Part shown: piece after piece, positions 32,046 to 42,788 of the stretch
Layout: the number at the start of each line of letters is the position of its first letter
Position numbering within the stretch: the first letter of the stretch is position 1
Assembly (NCBI GenBank): GCA_051599415.1
Contig: AP039693.1
Span: 620,001-684,000, forward strand
Length of the DNA stretch: 64,000 nucleotides
Source: Savitreella phatthalungensis
Taxonomy: Eukaryota
Reading direction: 5' to 3'
Translations under genes and position numbers: made by a program
The notes under the pieces: generated by a model
What the model was told of the DNA's origin: nothing
Databases searched by the model: none
What the model saw: the letters and a program-made list of their open reading frames with translations, nothing else

Positions 32046-32222
32046 GCGCTCACGGAAACGGGAAGAGATGCAAAACCGTCTGCCCACGACCAACGCTCGT
32101 AGACTATCCTCCTTTCTACCACTGTCGCGATGGGCACGCAGAGTCACCATGGAAGCTGCACAACCCACTCATCAGCCTTGCCGTAGTGTTCAACAATCAA
32201 TATTCGTGCTCTCTGTTCTATG

Positions 32223-33287
32223 CTATGCTGTCGTGATCGGGTCGCGGTCCTCGTGGCAGATGATGCATTCGATATCGTGGCCGTCTTTCTGCATCTGTTG
32301 TTCAAGATCCTGCTTCATTTGGGCTAAGAACGGTCTCTCGGTATTCGAATGTCCGCACAGTATTGCGGCGACGCCTTGCTCAGCGTAGAACAGTGCTTCA
32401 TGATGACTGAGCTCGCCTGTAAGCACGAGGTCGGGCCTGTAAAGGGACGCATCAGCGGGGGCATCCGTGGGCCGGCGTGGGCGTGAGATGAGCGACTTAA
32501 GAACACTCCCGCCGCTTCCCGCACACACCGCAATGATCGCGATGGTTTCCGCCTCATGACGCACTCCGTGGATCTCCTCGGTAAGATCCTGACAGGTCGA
32601 CTCGTCGAAAGCACGAGGGCTCACCAGCCCTACAGAGCCGAGACCTAGTGCTCGTTTAATCCTCAATATTATTGTCTGTAGTGACAGAGGCCGGTCGACT
32701 GCAAAGATCCTGCCATAGCCAGCGTCTTCGTGACCTTCGATGCCTTTCGCAGACACGCGCTCGACTATCTCAACCTTACCTTCCAGCTTGCTCGAGGATG
32801 TATCGGATGGCAGCTGCGGTGCCGGATTTGCCGGATCTACATCCTGCATGCGATTTTCATCCTTGTCCCCAAGACAAGCCTGCACGAGCCAGTCGTTGAC
32901 GCCTCCACGAATGGCATCGACGGACGTATGTGGGCAATGCACTCCAATGCCAGCTTGTGTCAACCTGATAAGCGAGCGTTGTTGCACGTCCGCCAAAGTC
33001 ACGGACTTGAGCCCGCGGAACACAATTGGGTGATATGCGAGCACTAAAGCCACATCTTGATCAGCGATCGCAGCGTTCGTAACGCGAGTAGTCAAATCAA
33101 TGCAAAGCAATACCTTTCCCTTGGTCGGCTGACGCGGTGCGAAAGGCTCGAGGATGAGACCAACATTATCCCATGACCCTGCAAGTGCTGTCGGATAGAG
33201 TTTCTCGACAGAATTAGCGATTTGACGCGGGCTGCTTGCTTTCGTTGACATACTATGGTACAATCTTACTGCACGACTTCGCAGCAT
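32223..33287 (-). CDS. NIF3: NIF3 / DUF34 family protein
   Basis: YPTALAGSWDNVGLI; LLCIDLT; AYHPIVFRGLK; PHTSVD; AVCAGSGGSV; TGELSHHEAL; HSNTERPFL. In-frame ATGs at 33287 and 33251. Confidence 0.95.
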   Translation of the reverse strand: MLRSRAVRLYHSMSTKASSPRQIANSVEKLYPTALAGSWDNVGLILEPFAPRQPTKGKVLLCIDLTTRVTNAAIADQDVALVLAYHPIVFRGLKSVTLADVQQRSLIRLTQAGIGVHCPHTSVDAIRGGVNDWLVQACLGDKDENRMQDVDPANPAPQLPSDTSSSKLEGKVEIVERVSAKGIEGHEDAGYGRIFAVDRPLSLQTIILRIKRALGLGSVGLVSPRAFDESTCQDLTEEIHGVRHEAETIAIIAVCAGSGGSVLKSLISRPRRPTDAPADASLYRPDLVLTGELSHHEALFYAEQGVAAILCGHSNTERPFLAQMKQDLEQQMQKDGHDIECIICHEDRDPITTA

Positions 33288-34065
33288 GAGCTTGACAAGC
33301 AACACGACGAACCATGACGTCTTGTGCATTCGAATTTCGCCGTGTGCTGTTCTTTGTGATCTGCTCGATTGGGCAATACCTACCTGGCTGGCTCGCACCA
33401 GACTTGACAAGTTTCACCTGGCGTATTCTCCGGGCCAGGGTCGAGTATAAACACACGTGAATCAATTTGGCGCATCAGAATCAGACCTCAACCCGTGAGC
33501 AGTTCCTACCATCAAAGCACTTCTGCCATCAAGCTCAGATGGAGGGTCAGAACGCAGACCTGCGCGCATAACAACGTCCAACAACAGAATTGCAGGCAAA
33601 GCAGCTCACTTCTGGCGCAGGACATTCCCAAGCCTACAATGCAGCCCCGACGTGTCTTGATCCGGACTGCACGGAGGTTGTACTTGCAGCATGAACCGCT
33701 GCGACCATCTTGCCTTGCTGAGATCATCATCGATAGTGCCGTCTGCAACGGCTTCGCCCCAGCGTGCGTGATCGCAAATCTACACGACAGACGATCCAGG
33801 AGAAGCGCAACCTGGCTGCATCAAAGTGAGATTGTCAGTGGGGCCCCCACGGTGCCAGACCTGATATATCAAATTCCGAGCTAGAGGAATATTTACGGAA
33901 TTACTTTCTGTACGTTCCAATCAAACCTGAGGCCATCTTTTATGGTACCGCCCATAGGCACGTCAACAGGTGTCCAAAGAAGCTTCATCACTCATTCTAG
34001 AGACACTGAGCGCATTTTGGAGCGCGAGGACATGAGAGCTGTTGTCTCTTAGTAATCAGTAGCAG

Positions 34066-35622
34066 ATGAGCCAACCGGGCGCGAATGATGGGTTCAACAC
34101 GAGTGTATCTAGTGACGCAGGAGAGCTTGACAAGTCAGTCCTTAGTCAGCGCGTAGCGCTTGCGGCCGACCATGATGCGAACCGCTTACAACGGCTTGAT
34201 ACACGTCTCTCACGCATCCCTGTCGTCGATGGTGCTATCTTCATTGAATTCGACGAAGATGATCCAGAGAACCCGTACAATTGGTCATGGCGGAAGAAAG
34301 TCGCGATCACGCTACTTACAAGTTTCATGACCTTCTTCATCTCCGCGATCAACGGAGCCTATGCTTCGGCCCAGAACAGCATCGAGCAGGACTTGCATGT
34401 GTCCTCTGAGCTCACAGTCCTTGGCCTGTCGTTTTTCCTTGCTGGGTTCGCGTTGGCTCCTCTCATCCTGGCTCCCATAAGCGAGGTGTACGGTCGCTGG
34501 CCGATGTACATATTGTCTGCGATTATGATCTGGCTCTGGCTTCTGCCGCAGGCTCTGGCACGCAACATCACCACAATCCTGACAGCGAAATTCTTCCAGG
34601 GATGCTTCGGATCTACTGGATCGACCATGGTCGGCGGTACGCTGGCCGACATGTGGCGAACACATGAACGTGGGCCATGGATGGCTGCCTTCACAGGCTC
34701 TGCATTTATCGGCACTTTCATTGGCCCGGTCATCTTCGGTGTCACCGTTGAGCGACTCGGCTTTCGCTGGGGATTCTGGATTCAATTCATTATTGCAGGG
34801 GTCTATGCTGGCGTCCTCTTGCTCACACTTCAAGAATCACGCGGTAGCGTCATTCTCTCACGTCGAGCAGCCCGCATGCGTCGCGAGACCGGCGATCCTC
34901 GCTATCAGACCGTGTTCGACGTAGAACGCGGTTCGCTGGCTGTACTCATCAAAGTCTCGCTGACGCGTCCTCTATTCTTACTCTTCACCGAGCCAATCGT
35001 TGCCGCGTTCAGCACTTGGATCTCATTAGCGTGGGCGGTCTTGTATATGCTGCTCGAATCCAGTGGATACGTCTTCAGCACAGTATATGGGTTTGATGAT
35101 GCACAGGTGGGTTATACTTTTGCCGGGGCATGTGTGGCTTCAGTGATTGCACTGCTGGTCAATCCGATACAAGATGCTCTTTACACGCGTGCAACGGCGC
35201 GCAACAATGGCAAACCGGTGCCAGAGGCCCGACTTTATCATGCTATGCCAGGTTCTCTGATCTTCACAGCAGGATTGTTCATTTACGGCTGGACTGCACG
35301 GCCAGATCTGCACTGGATTGGTCCCGTCATCGGGTCGGCGTCATGCATTTACGGAATTTTCGCTATCTATCTCGCCACCTTCAACTATCTCGCGGATGCT
35401 TACACGCTGTATGCATCGTCGGCCATCGCCGGCCAGAGCTTCGCCCGCAACATGCTCGCTACTGCTTTTCCACTCTTCACGAAGCAGATGTATATTCGTC
35501 TGGGCGTGTCATGGGCTTCATCGCTCGCCGGCTTTTGCGGCTTAGCGCTGTCAGCCGTGCCCTTTGTCCTCTTTTTCTACGGCGATCGCATACGCCGCAG
35601 GTCGAAACTAGCCTCTGCATGA
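34066..35622 (+). CDS. MFS drug:H+ antiporter (DHA1 family, Tpo-like)
   Basis: DPENPYNWSWRKK; APISEVYGRWP; GGTLADMW; PEARL; NYLADAY; about 12 hydrophobic segments. Confidence 0.92.
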   Translation: MSQPGANDGFNTSVSSDAGELDKSVLSQRVALAADHDANRLQRLDTRLSRIPVVDGAIFIEFDEDDPENPYNWSWRKKVAITLLTSFMTFFISAINGAYASAQNSIEQDLHVSSELTVLGLSFFLAGFALAPLILAPISEVYGRWPMYILSAIMIWLWLLPQALARNITTILTAKFFQGCFGSTGSTMVGGTLADMWRTHERGPWMAAFTGSAFIGTFIGPVIFGVTVERLGFRWGFWIQFIIAGVYAGVLLLTLQESRGSVILSRRAARMRRETGDPRYQTVFDVERGSLAVLIKVSLTRPLFLLFTEPIVAAFSTWISLAWAVLYMLLESSGYVFSTVYGFDDAQVGYTFAGACVASVIALLVNPIQDALYTRATARNNGKPVPEARLYHAMPGSLIFTAGLFIYGWTARPDLHWIGPVIGSASCIYGIFAIYLATFNYLADAYTLYASSAIAGQSFARNMLATAFPLFTKQMYIRLGVSWASSLAGFCGLALSAVPFVLFFYGDRIRRRSKLASA

Positions 35623-35920
35623 TCAGTCAGACGCATACTGTCCACGCATGAAGCGGACGACATCGTCAAGCGCCCAGGATAAATAATTAATCACTTCACT
35701 TAATTACGTGTAGAATATGTATACTATTGCGCCTTTCCGTCAGTCGCGGCACAATTTGACCCGGACGTCTTAACCCGGATGTGATGGGAACAGTTCCGTC
35801 AATCAAATCTGACAGCGGTCAGATATTCTGATGCAGTCTTCCTATTCGATCTGACGTATACTCTCGTGGGTTCAGAACATATCTCCAGGGTGACGAACCT
35901 GACGAGCACACGCTGTCAAT

Positions 35921-36928
35921 ATGGCTTCTAAAGTATTCGCACCAGGTAGAGTAGCTCTTATCACCGGAGGCGCATCCGGCGTTGGACTCGCGTGTGCAAA
36001 GCTATGCCATCAGGCAGGCATGTCGGTGGTGTTGGCGGATCGCGACAGTGATTTACTGCAGTCTGCGGTAAAGTCATTCAGCACTCGGGACGACTCTGCC
36101 CGCGTGGTCACCCTCTCAGCTGACCTTGCCCAGCACAATCATTGGAATGTTGTCAGGCAAACTATAGTGGAGGAATTCGTTTCCCGTGGTACGCCACTTA
36201 CTGTCTTCTTCAATAATGCTGGAATCTCTGGTAGCTCTGATGCGGCACAGCGATTTTCACTTGGAGACCTTTCGAAGGAAGCTGCCTCAGCCTTCGATAT
36301 CAAGGGTCCCGCCGCTGAAGAGGACGAATCTTGTACAATGCAGAATTGGCAACAGGTCCTCGATGTGAACTTTTGGGCGCAGAAACGCGGACTTGAGATT
36401 ATCGTGCCCCTCATGCTGGCGAGCATGACAGCCGCTGGCGCAGACGTGCGTGGAGCGATAATTTGCACCGGTTCAAAGCAAGGTATCACTTGTCCTCCTG
36501 GAAATGCCGCATACAATGTTTCAAAAGCTGCTGTCAAGATGACCACCGAGCATGCCGCATGGGAGCTAAGGCAGGTCGCGGCCGAAAAATCGCATCGATG
36601 GTCCAGCGCGGCTGCGAACCTCAGCGTTCATCTGCTGGTACCTGGTTGGACATGGACAGGCCTCACGAAAGTCATGGCACCAGCTGGCTCCGAAAAGCCT
36701 GATGGTTGTTGGTCAGCTGAACAAGTTGCCGATTATATGGCCCCTCGTGTCGAGAAGGCCGAATTCTATATTATATGCCCCGATGGCAGTGTCACTGAGC
36801 AGCTCGACAACGCGCGCATGGCGTATACGGTTGGAGATATCACGAGCCGCAGACCGGCGCTATCTAGATGGCACGAAGACTATAAGCAGACATTTGACGA
36901 CTTCGTTGCCAAGGAACTCGACAAGTAA
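35921..36928 (+). CDS. Short-chain dehydrogenase/reductase
   Basis: TGGASGVG; NNAGI; GSKQGITCPPGN; catalytic YNVSK (YxxxK). Confidence 0.92.
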   Translation: MASKVFAPGRVALITGGASGVGLACAKLCHQAGMSVVLADRDSDLLQSAVKSFSTRDDSARVVTLSADLAQHNHWNVVRQTIVEEFVSRGTPLTVFFNNAGISGSSDAAQRFSLGDLSKEAASAFDIKGPAAEEDESCTMQNWQQVLDVNFWAQKRGLEIIVPLMLASMTAAGADVRGAIICTGSKQGITCPPGNAAYNVSKAAVKMTTEHAAWELRQVAAEKSHRWSSAAANLSVHLLVPGWTWTGLTKVMAPAGSEKPDGCWSAEQVADYMAPRVEKAEFYIICPDGSVTEQLDNARMAYTVGDITSRRPALSRWHEDYKQTFDDFVAKELDK

Positions 36929-37036
36929 TTCAGCCTTCTTCGAATTCCATCGGATCTCGGGGAGCGAATGTTGATTGGTATTGAGATGCATAACGTTACG
37001 CGCCAAACTGTGGCAAATCTGGTTGACTTGTCTAAC

Positions 37037-39064
37037 TCAATAGAGATTTGATAGCATCACAGAGATGCGATAATAAGGATGGTCATGACAACCGACATCG
37101 ATTGCGTCACCGGCCAATATCTCGTTGAATTGTGCGGGCTCGTAGAAGTGCCAGTCAGGGACCAGTGCGAAATCGTCTGAATAACGAATAGCAGGCAGCC
37201 TGCGCGTCCAGACGACACTCTTGGCGATTGCACAATTGAGCACTCTCGTCTTCGGAATTCTGAGAGCTTGAAACTGATTAAAACAAGTCTGGATTCGCTC
37301 TTTTGCTTCCGCAGACGTCATGCGTGTCCCTGAACCCTCAATAGTTGTCGGACAAAGCTGCAGGAATACGTCGATACGTGCGATATGTGGACACATAGAG
37401 AGTTTCTTCAGGAGTGCTAGACGCCATGTAGGAGTTCTGCGTCTGTTGTTGTTGGAGCATCGGACTGTTAGGGTCACTGAATTGATGTTGAGGTGACGAG
37501 CAACCACATCGCCGATAATTTTGAGTCTTATGGACGAATCCTGATTCTCCACAGTGGGGCAGTAAACGTCATGTGTAGGAGACAAGACTGGAGCTCGAAC
37601 ACATTCGATAGAGATCGAGCGCATCTGCGGTAGTTCGCATATTCGGTCGACAAGGGTCATGTAACTGTAAATCAAGCTCTCGAGCCCAGAGTTCGCGCGA
37701 ACGTGCTGGGGCTGTCCGCGCAGCGTTTGTGTTGAGAGGTCGGCCCGTAAATTTGAAAGAGGCACATTGCATATATCCTCGACGAAAGTGCAAGATACTG
37801 CTGAGCGCCAGCAAGGTAAGTGTAGGTTTGGTGTGGCACATAAGAGAGCTTTCTCGCTGAGCAGTCGATGGTGGCTAATCTCGGATTTGCACCAATTCCA
37901 CAGCGCTTTACAAGCCATGCTCAGACTTTTAACAGAGAAGTAAGTCATTTGCGAACAAATCGCACTCACGATATCAGGTCCGGCTGTAATGAGAGGAGAT
38001 CTTGTTGGCGGAATTTGCGGCTCAGATGTCGTGCCTTCTGTATCGGTTCGAAGGGTAAGCTGCATGGAGTTCAAAGCTTCTTCACGCAAAGCTTGTGAAA
38101 TGGGGACTTGCATTGTGCGACCCATCTGGTCGTAGCAGAGGAAGTAATCGAGCAGCACTTCTACCCCGCTAGGATAATTGCGACGTCCCTCATGCCGCGT
38201 AAGATCGTGCACAGCATCGAGGAACAAACCGGTCAGCTCGCCCGATACTATGCAGAGCGGTAGATAGATGCGCAATTTGACCTGACGGCAGGCGTCGTAG
38301 ATATGTTGGTCGACATCGATTGCTTCATATACGATCCCGAAACTCGCGTCCTCGTCGGACAGGGGAAATTCGTCATCATTTGTCATTTGTGGCCGTAACA
38401 AGAAACGTTCCGCAACTGCCTCCCGCAGACAAGACTCCTTACTCCATAACGAGAGCTTGTCCTTGGAGAGGCCCTGTGGAGCGCGTCCGAGGGCAAACAG
38501 CTCCAAGGTCAGCTCATTCGGGAGTGGCAGAACAATGAAGACCTTTGTAAGTAGATCGTAGAGATGTTCGAGCCGTTTGGGTTTGTTATCGTGTATGGTC
38601 CATGCCGCTCGGATAACGAGGGTCTTGATGTTAGCGCAGGTCCTGAAGAAATCGAGGATGAGTGCTCTCGTAGATGAGACCAACTCTTGGTACCAACGCC
38701 AATCCGATGGAAGATGATCAATCGTCAAGATTAGCTCTTCAATTCTCGGGCAGAGATAGTCCGGCGGAGTCTGCTGGCAAGCAGCCTCAAATCGCACACA
38801 AAAGGCTGTGGGCAGCTCTTTGTGCGCTGGCCAACTATCGAGCCCATACGCGATGGCGATCTGTTGCTGCTTCCACTCCGGGAGATACTCCAGGATGCGA
38901 AAAGCTACCTGTCGAGGTATCGCCGGTACGGGATTGATATCTCCAGGCTTCCCTTTTGTCCTTTTCCTGTTCAAGGAGTTTTGGGTGTCTCTCGCGAGAC
39001 GGCGCTTGTATCTGGCACCGCGTTCATCGACAAGCTCCTCTGAGCTACCGTAGACGGTATCCAT
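37037..39064 (-). CDS. Uncharacterised protein (about 675-713 aa) with two putative F-box-like motifs
   Basis: Uninterrupted frame of more than 2 kb. First ATG is 39064; the frame is open to about 39220, so an upstream exon is possible. Motifs PAIPRQVAFRILEYLP and LITAGPDIVSAICSQM...LSMACKALW. Confidence 0.7.
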   Translation of the reverse strand: MDTVYGSSEELVDERGARYKRRLARDTQNSLNRKRTKGKPGDINPVPAIPRQVAFRILEYLPEWKQQQIAIAYGLDSWPAHKELPTAFCVRFEAACQQTPPDYLCPRIEELILTIDHLPSDWRWYQELVSSTRALILDFFRTCANIKTLVIRAAWTIHDNKPKRLEHLYDLLTKVFIVLPLPNELTLELFALGRAPQGLSKDKLSLWSKESCLREAVAERFLLRPQMTNDDEFPLSDEDASFGIVYEAIDVDQHIYDACRQVKLRIYLPLCIVSGELTGLFLDAVHDLTRHEGRRNYPSGVEVLLDYFLCYDQMGRTMQVPISQALREEALNSMQLTLRTDTEGTTSEPQIPPTRSPLITAGPDIVSAICSQMTYFSVKSLSMACKALWNWCKSEISHHRLLSEKALLCATPNLHLPCWRSAVSCTFVEDICNVPLSNLRADLSTQTLRGQPQHVRANSGLESLIYSYMTLVDRICELPQMRSISIECVRAPVLSPTHDVYCPTVENQDSSIRLKIIGDVVARHLNINSVTLTVRCSNNNRRRTPTWRLALLKKLSMCPHIARIDVFLQLCPTTIEGSGTRMTSAEAKERIQTCFNQFQALRIPKTRVLNCAIAKSVVWTRRLPAIRYSDDFALVPDWHFYEPAQFNEILAGDAIDVGCHDHPYYRISVMLSNLY

Positions 39065-39497
39065 GACTTCTGGGATGAAGTCAACTGCTGTTGCGGTCTT
39101 CCTCGCGAAGGTCTCAGGGTTGATATGGCGAAGGGGATTGATGTCAATGTGTCTGGTGGCAAGAATCCGTTCTTCCACACAGCCGATATCTTTCGCCGAT
39201 CTCAGCGCGATGAAAACACTTCACGATAATACCATTTAATACAGACCTTCAATCGTGATCATTCTGATACCCATCGTCCAATCAATGCTTATTGAACCGG
39301 CCTCGTATCACAGTCTGTGACTACCTCGAATTACTATGACCCAGAACGATTCTGTCGTTTGTACAGCTGGTATGCCAGCAGCGGTTCCACGTCATATGCA
39401 CATCGACCACTTGGTTTGCTCGTCTATGTGTTTCATTCGTGGGTCGTACTGGCTCTCATTAGTAGATTTCACTATCACATACATGGCTTTGTCGGGA

Positions 39498-40808
39498 TCA
39501 TTGCGACACATTGACAATATTCTTGCTCCGCTCATCTTTGCGCTTGTCGACAATTTCATGCCGCCGACGGTTCGTGTCCTTCCTCGCGATCGATGCCTCT
39601 TCGGTGCGTTTAATCTCTGCGGCCTTTCTGATGTTCTTAGGCACGAGCCTTTGACGTTTGATGCGTTTGATCTCCGGTAAGTGTTCATACCTCTGGACCA
39701 GTGCTTCTTCGTACTCCCGACGCTCGCGCTGGCGTGCTGACTGTACCCCTGAGCGACTGTTCGCCTTCGACCTCCATAGACGTATGCCACCATCGTCAGA
39801 GCCGCTGATAACATAGGCGGAATCTGCTGAGAAACAGGTCGAGAAGACTCGCTGCATGCGCTTTGTGTGGTACACATCGCGCGAACGTCCTTGACGAGCA
39901 TCCCAAAGGCGGACTGTGCGATCGTAGGCACCCGTGACGATTTCCTGACCTGTCGGAGAGAAGCTGACACTCATGACCGCTGAGACGTGGTCTTTCAGAA
40001 CGTTGATGGCACGCTTGAGATTGCGCATATCGTAAATATAGACATTATGGTCCTCATTCGCAACTGCTAGGTTGAAAGCCTCTTGAGGATTCCAGCAGAG
40101 ATCATTGCCTCGGAGAGCCATGGTCAAGCGTGCGAGTGCGCTGGAGGTCCGTATATCGTACAGCGTCAACGACCTGTCCGAGCCCAGTGAGGCAAGCGTT
40201 GAAACCTCAGTCTGATTGAATGCAACGGCCTGATGCGAATCCGTACCAAACGTCAGACTGCTTGTGGGTACATCTCGATCGGAATGCCAGAGTTCTACTA
40301 CAGTTGAAGAGGTCGCGAAGACGGGCTCGCTGCGGTGGTGCGTGATGCCGGTAAAGCCATTCGCACCGGTGAAACGGCGTGTCTCCATCCCGTCTTCATC
40401 CATCATGCTGATATGCTTGTCACTGCCACAAGAAAGGATTTGACGTCTGTTGTTGAATACTACCCCGGTCACCATGCCGCTGTGACGTTTAGCGGAAAAG
40501 GTCTCTTTCCGCGTTACGAGGTTCCAGAGCTTGACGATGCCGTCACCGGAGCTCGACGCAAGCACGCCTGTTCGACGCGGATCTTTGCATAAAGAATATA
40601 CTCCATCGACGTGTCCATCTCCGAGACTGCCGAGGAACGGCTTGGCAAACAGCCGATCGAGCTTCACTGCATTAACAGCGCGAACATACTCTCTCGCGCG
40701 TTCATGCGGATGAAGTGCAGGATTCAGAGATCGAGGCGCTGGGGTCTGTGAAGACTTCGTCCGCGGGGCGAAGTCATCTGCTGAACGCGACAGCGCGCGG
40801 ATCTTCAT
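39498..40808 (-). CDS. SOF1: U3 snoRNP / SSU processome WD40 protein Sof1 (DCAF13)
   Basis: MKIRALSRS; LHPHERAREYVRAVNAVKLDRLFAKPF; WD repeats; SRDVYHTKRMQRVF. Confidence 0.97.
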   Translation of the reverse strand: MKIRALSRSADDFAPRTKSSQTPAPRSLNPALHPHERAREYVRAVNAVKLDRLFAKPFLGSLGDGHVDGVYSLCKDPRRTGVLASSSGDGIVKLWNLVTRKETFSAKRHSGMVTGVVFNNRRQILSCGSDKHISMMDEDGMETRRFTGANGFTGITHHRSEPVFATSSTVVELWHSDRDVPTSSLTFGTDSHQAVAFNQTEVSTLASLGSDRSLTLYDIRTSSALARLTMALRGNDLCWNPQEAFNLAVANEDHNVYIYDMRNLKRAINVLKDHVSAVMSVSFSPTGQEIVTGAYDRTVRLWDARQGRSRDVYHTKRMQRVFSTCFSADSAYVISGSDDGGIRLWRSKANSRSGVQSARQRERREYEEALVQRYEHLPEIKRIKRQRLVPKNIRKAAEIKRTEEASIARKDTNRRRHEIVDKRKDERSKNIVNVSQ

Positions 40809-41136
40809 GACCTAGATCTTCACGGATGACAGGTTCTTCAGGCACATCTTAATCACACATGCATTCTAGGTTTGATCAAAAGGGAATCCACTTTGTCACG
40901 TGTATCTAAGCTTCGTGTTTGTTTATGCAACGGCTGGATTCTGGGCGCGAGCGCGTTTGATGAGTCGTTCAGCAGTGGAAGCAGCGAGCACATCAAGCAC
41001 GCAAGGCCACAGCGTTCACGCGCTCATCAATATTCTTTTCGTTCCTTGAGAGTCGGTCGCATTGGCAGCATTTTCAACAGACCTGACCCTGCTTGTGTCT
41101 TTCACCTTGGCGTCCGCTATTGGCTCCCCGACCAGA

Positions 41137-42771
41137 ATGCTCCTGTCAGGGAGCAGCAACAACATGCGCAGATCTGAATCCTCGCAATCCGTCTGGGACT
41201 CGTCTGATCCTACGAGAAATCCAGCGCCTCTACCGCTCCCGGAGTACAACGGACCCACGGCTGGTGTTAAGACAGGAGCCAAAGTAGGAGCTGCCCACCG
41301 CAAACTCGTTGCTGAACGTTCAATCGACACGAATCTATATGAGCTCGTGCAAGCAATCCATCAGAACTTAGAACTGCTGATCAAGCGGTCTCAGAATAAT
41401 GCGCGGGACCTCGGTCGTCTGAGAGGAGATGTGCGACAAGGTCAACCACAATTGCTAGAAGATCTCAAGAAGCTATTGGGAGAGTCTCGTGCTGGTGCTT
41501 CGGACTCTAGCGTGAGTAATGAGGAGCGCGACGCCGAACTGGCAAAACAGCTGGGGGCATTGATACAAGCATCTGCTGCCGGCGAGGGGCCGCTTTCTTC
41601 TCGCGATCTTCAGCAAAGCGAAGGGCTGCGTGAAACCGTCGGCCGGCAACACGATATTCTGGTCGAGGAATTGCGAGACCTGAAGAGAATTGTGCTCGAA
41701 GGCATCGATAGGCAGGAAAAGGCAACGGTGTCGAGCGAGATAGAGACTCGCCAGGAGATTAGCGAGCTGCGCGCGATTCTAGTCAGCTCACTGACTAAAC
41801 ATCAAGGGAAGTTGGCAAATCTCGACGCTCAGCACAGCTCGATGCTCAGGGGTATCTCAGAAGCCTCTGCCTCCGACCAGCAGGCTGTATTCAAGCGCCT
41901 GGACACGCTGCTGGAACGACAGACGCATTCGCTACTAGAGCTCGTGAACAGGAGTGCAAAGGACACCGAACACAAACTTGAATCACTGCTTGCTAGCGAA
42001 GTGGCAAGGTCGGCTAGGGAAGCAGAGGTGCTCGCTGAAGGAGCGAGACGACTATCTGCGGAGGTCGACACTAGCGCACTTGAGAAAGAACTCGAGAATC
42101 TGACCAAGGAGTTCGCGTCGAAAAGGACAGAACTTTCGGCAATTGACGAAAAAATCCGAGCCAGGACCGTTGAGCTTTCGAATCTGGAGGCCAGAGGCAA
42201 GCAGCTTGATGAGCTCGTCAAAAGGAGCGCCGAGCGCACCGAAGAGCTTCTCAAATTCGAGCGCGCACGAGCGTTGCATGATAAGGAGTATGCTGAGAAA
42301 CAAATCACAATGGCCAAAACACGCTCATTGAAGCTGGAACAGAAACTTGATAAGCTGAAGCAGCAGCGTCGTCCGCCCGCACGTCCGCGAGATCCGCCCT
42401 CAGTCTACGCCAATCTAGCCATACACGCACATGCAGAGCCGTCGCGCTCATCAGCCGCACTGCGTCCCCTCGCACAGGCTGCTGAGCGGCGGATCGTGTC
42501 TTTGACAAATGTTCCTGGCGCCCCAGCCACGCCGCCTGGTAAAGGAATCGTTCGGCCTGTCTCGAGCGGCGATGCCACGTCGAGCCTTCCTCGTTGGCCG
42601 ACATCTCTTCGTGCCGAGGGCGAGCGCAAGACATCCTTTAGCAAGCGCGTCTCAGCACTTTTCAGCTCCAACAATCTGGCAAGTATCGCGGACGACAAAG
42701 AGAACTCTCCGAAAGGGGCCCCGGCATCGACAAGCCTGCGATCACTGAGAAGCTTCAGCCTGCGGAATTGA
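41137..42771 (+). CDS. Uncharacterised coiled-coil protein
   Basis: Long heptad-rich middle region; N-terminal WDSSDPTRNPAPLPLP motif; Ser/Pro/Arg-rich tail. First ATG at 41137. Confidence 0.75.
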   Translation: MLLSGSSNNMRRSESSQSVWDSSDPTRNPAPLPLPEYNGPTAGVKTGAKVGAAHRKLVAERSIDTNLYELVQAIHQNLELLIKRSQNNARDLGRLRGDVRQGQPQLLEDLKKLLGESRAGASDSSVSNEERDAELAKQLGALIQASAAGEGPLSSRDLQQSEGLRETVGRQHDILVEELRDLKRIVLEGIDRQEKATVSSEIETRQEISELRAILVSSLTKHQGKLANLDAQHSSMLRGISEASASDQQAVFKRLDTLLERQTHSLLELVNRSAKDTEHKLESLLASEVARSAREAEVLAEGARRLSAEVDTSALEKELENLTKEFASKRTELSAIDEKIRARTVELSNLEARGKQLDELVKRSAERTEELLKFERARALHDKEYAEKQITMAKTRSLKLEQKLDKLKQQRRPPARPRDPPSVYANLAIHAHAEPSRSSAALRPLAQAAERRIVSLTNVPGAPATPPGKGIVRPVSSGDATSSLPRWPTSLRAEGERKTSFSKRVSALFSSNNLASIADDKENSPKGAPASTSLRSLRSFSLRN

Positions 42772-42788
42772 GAGGTCGAGCGGTTCAT

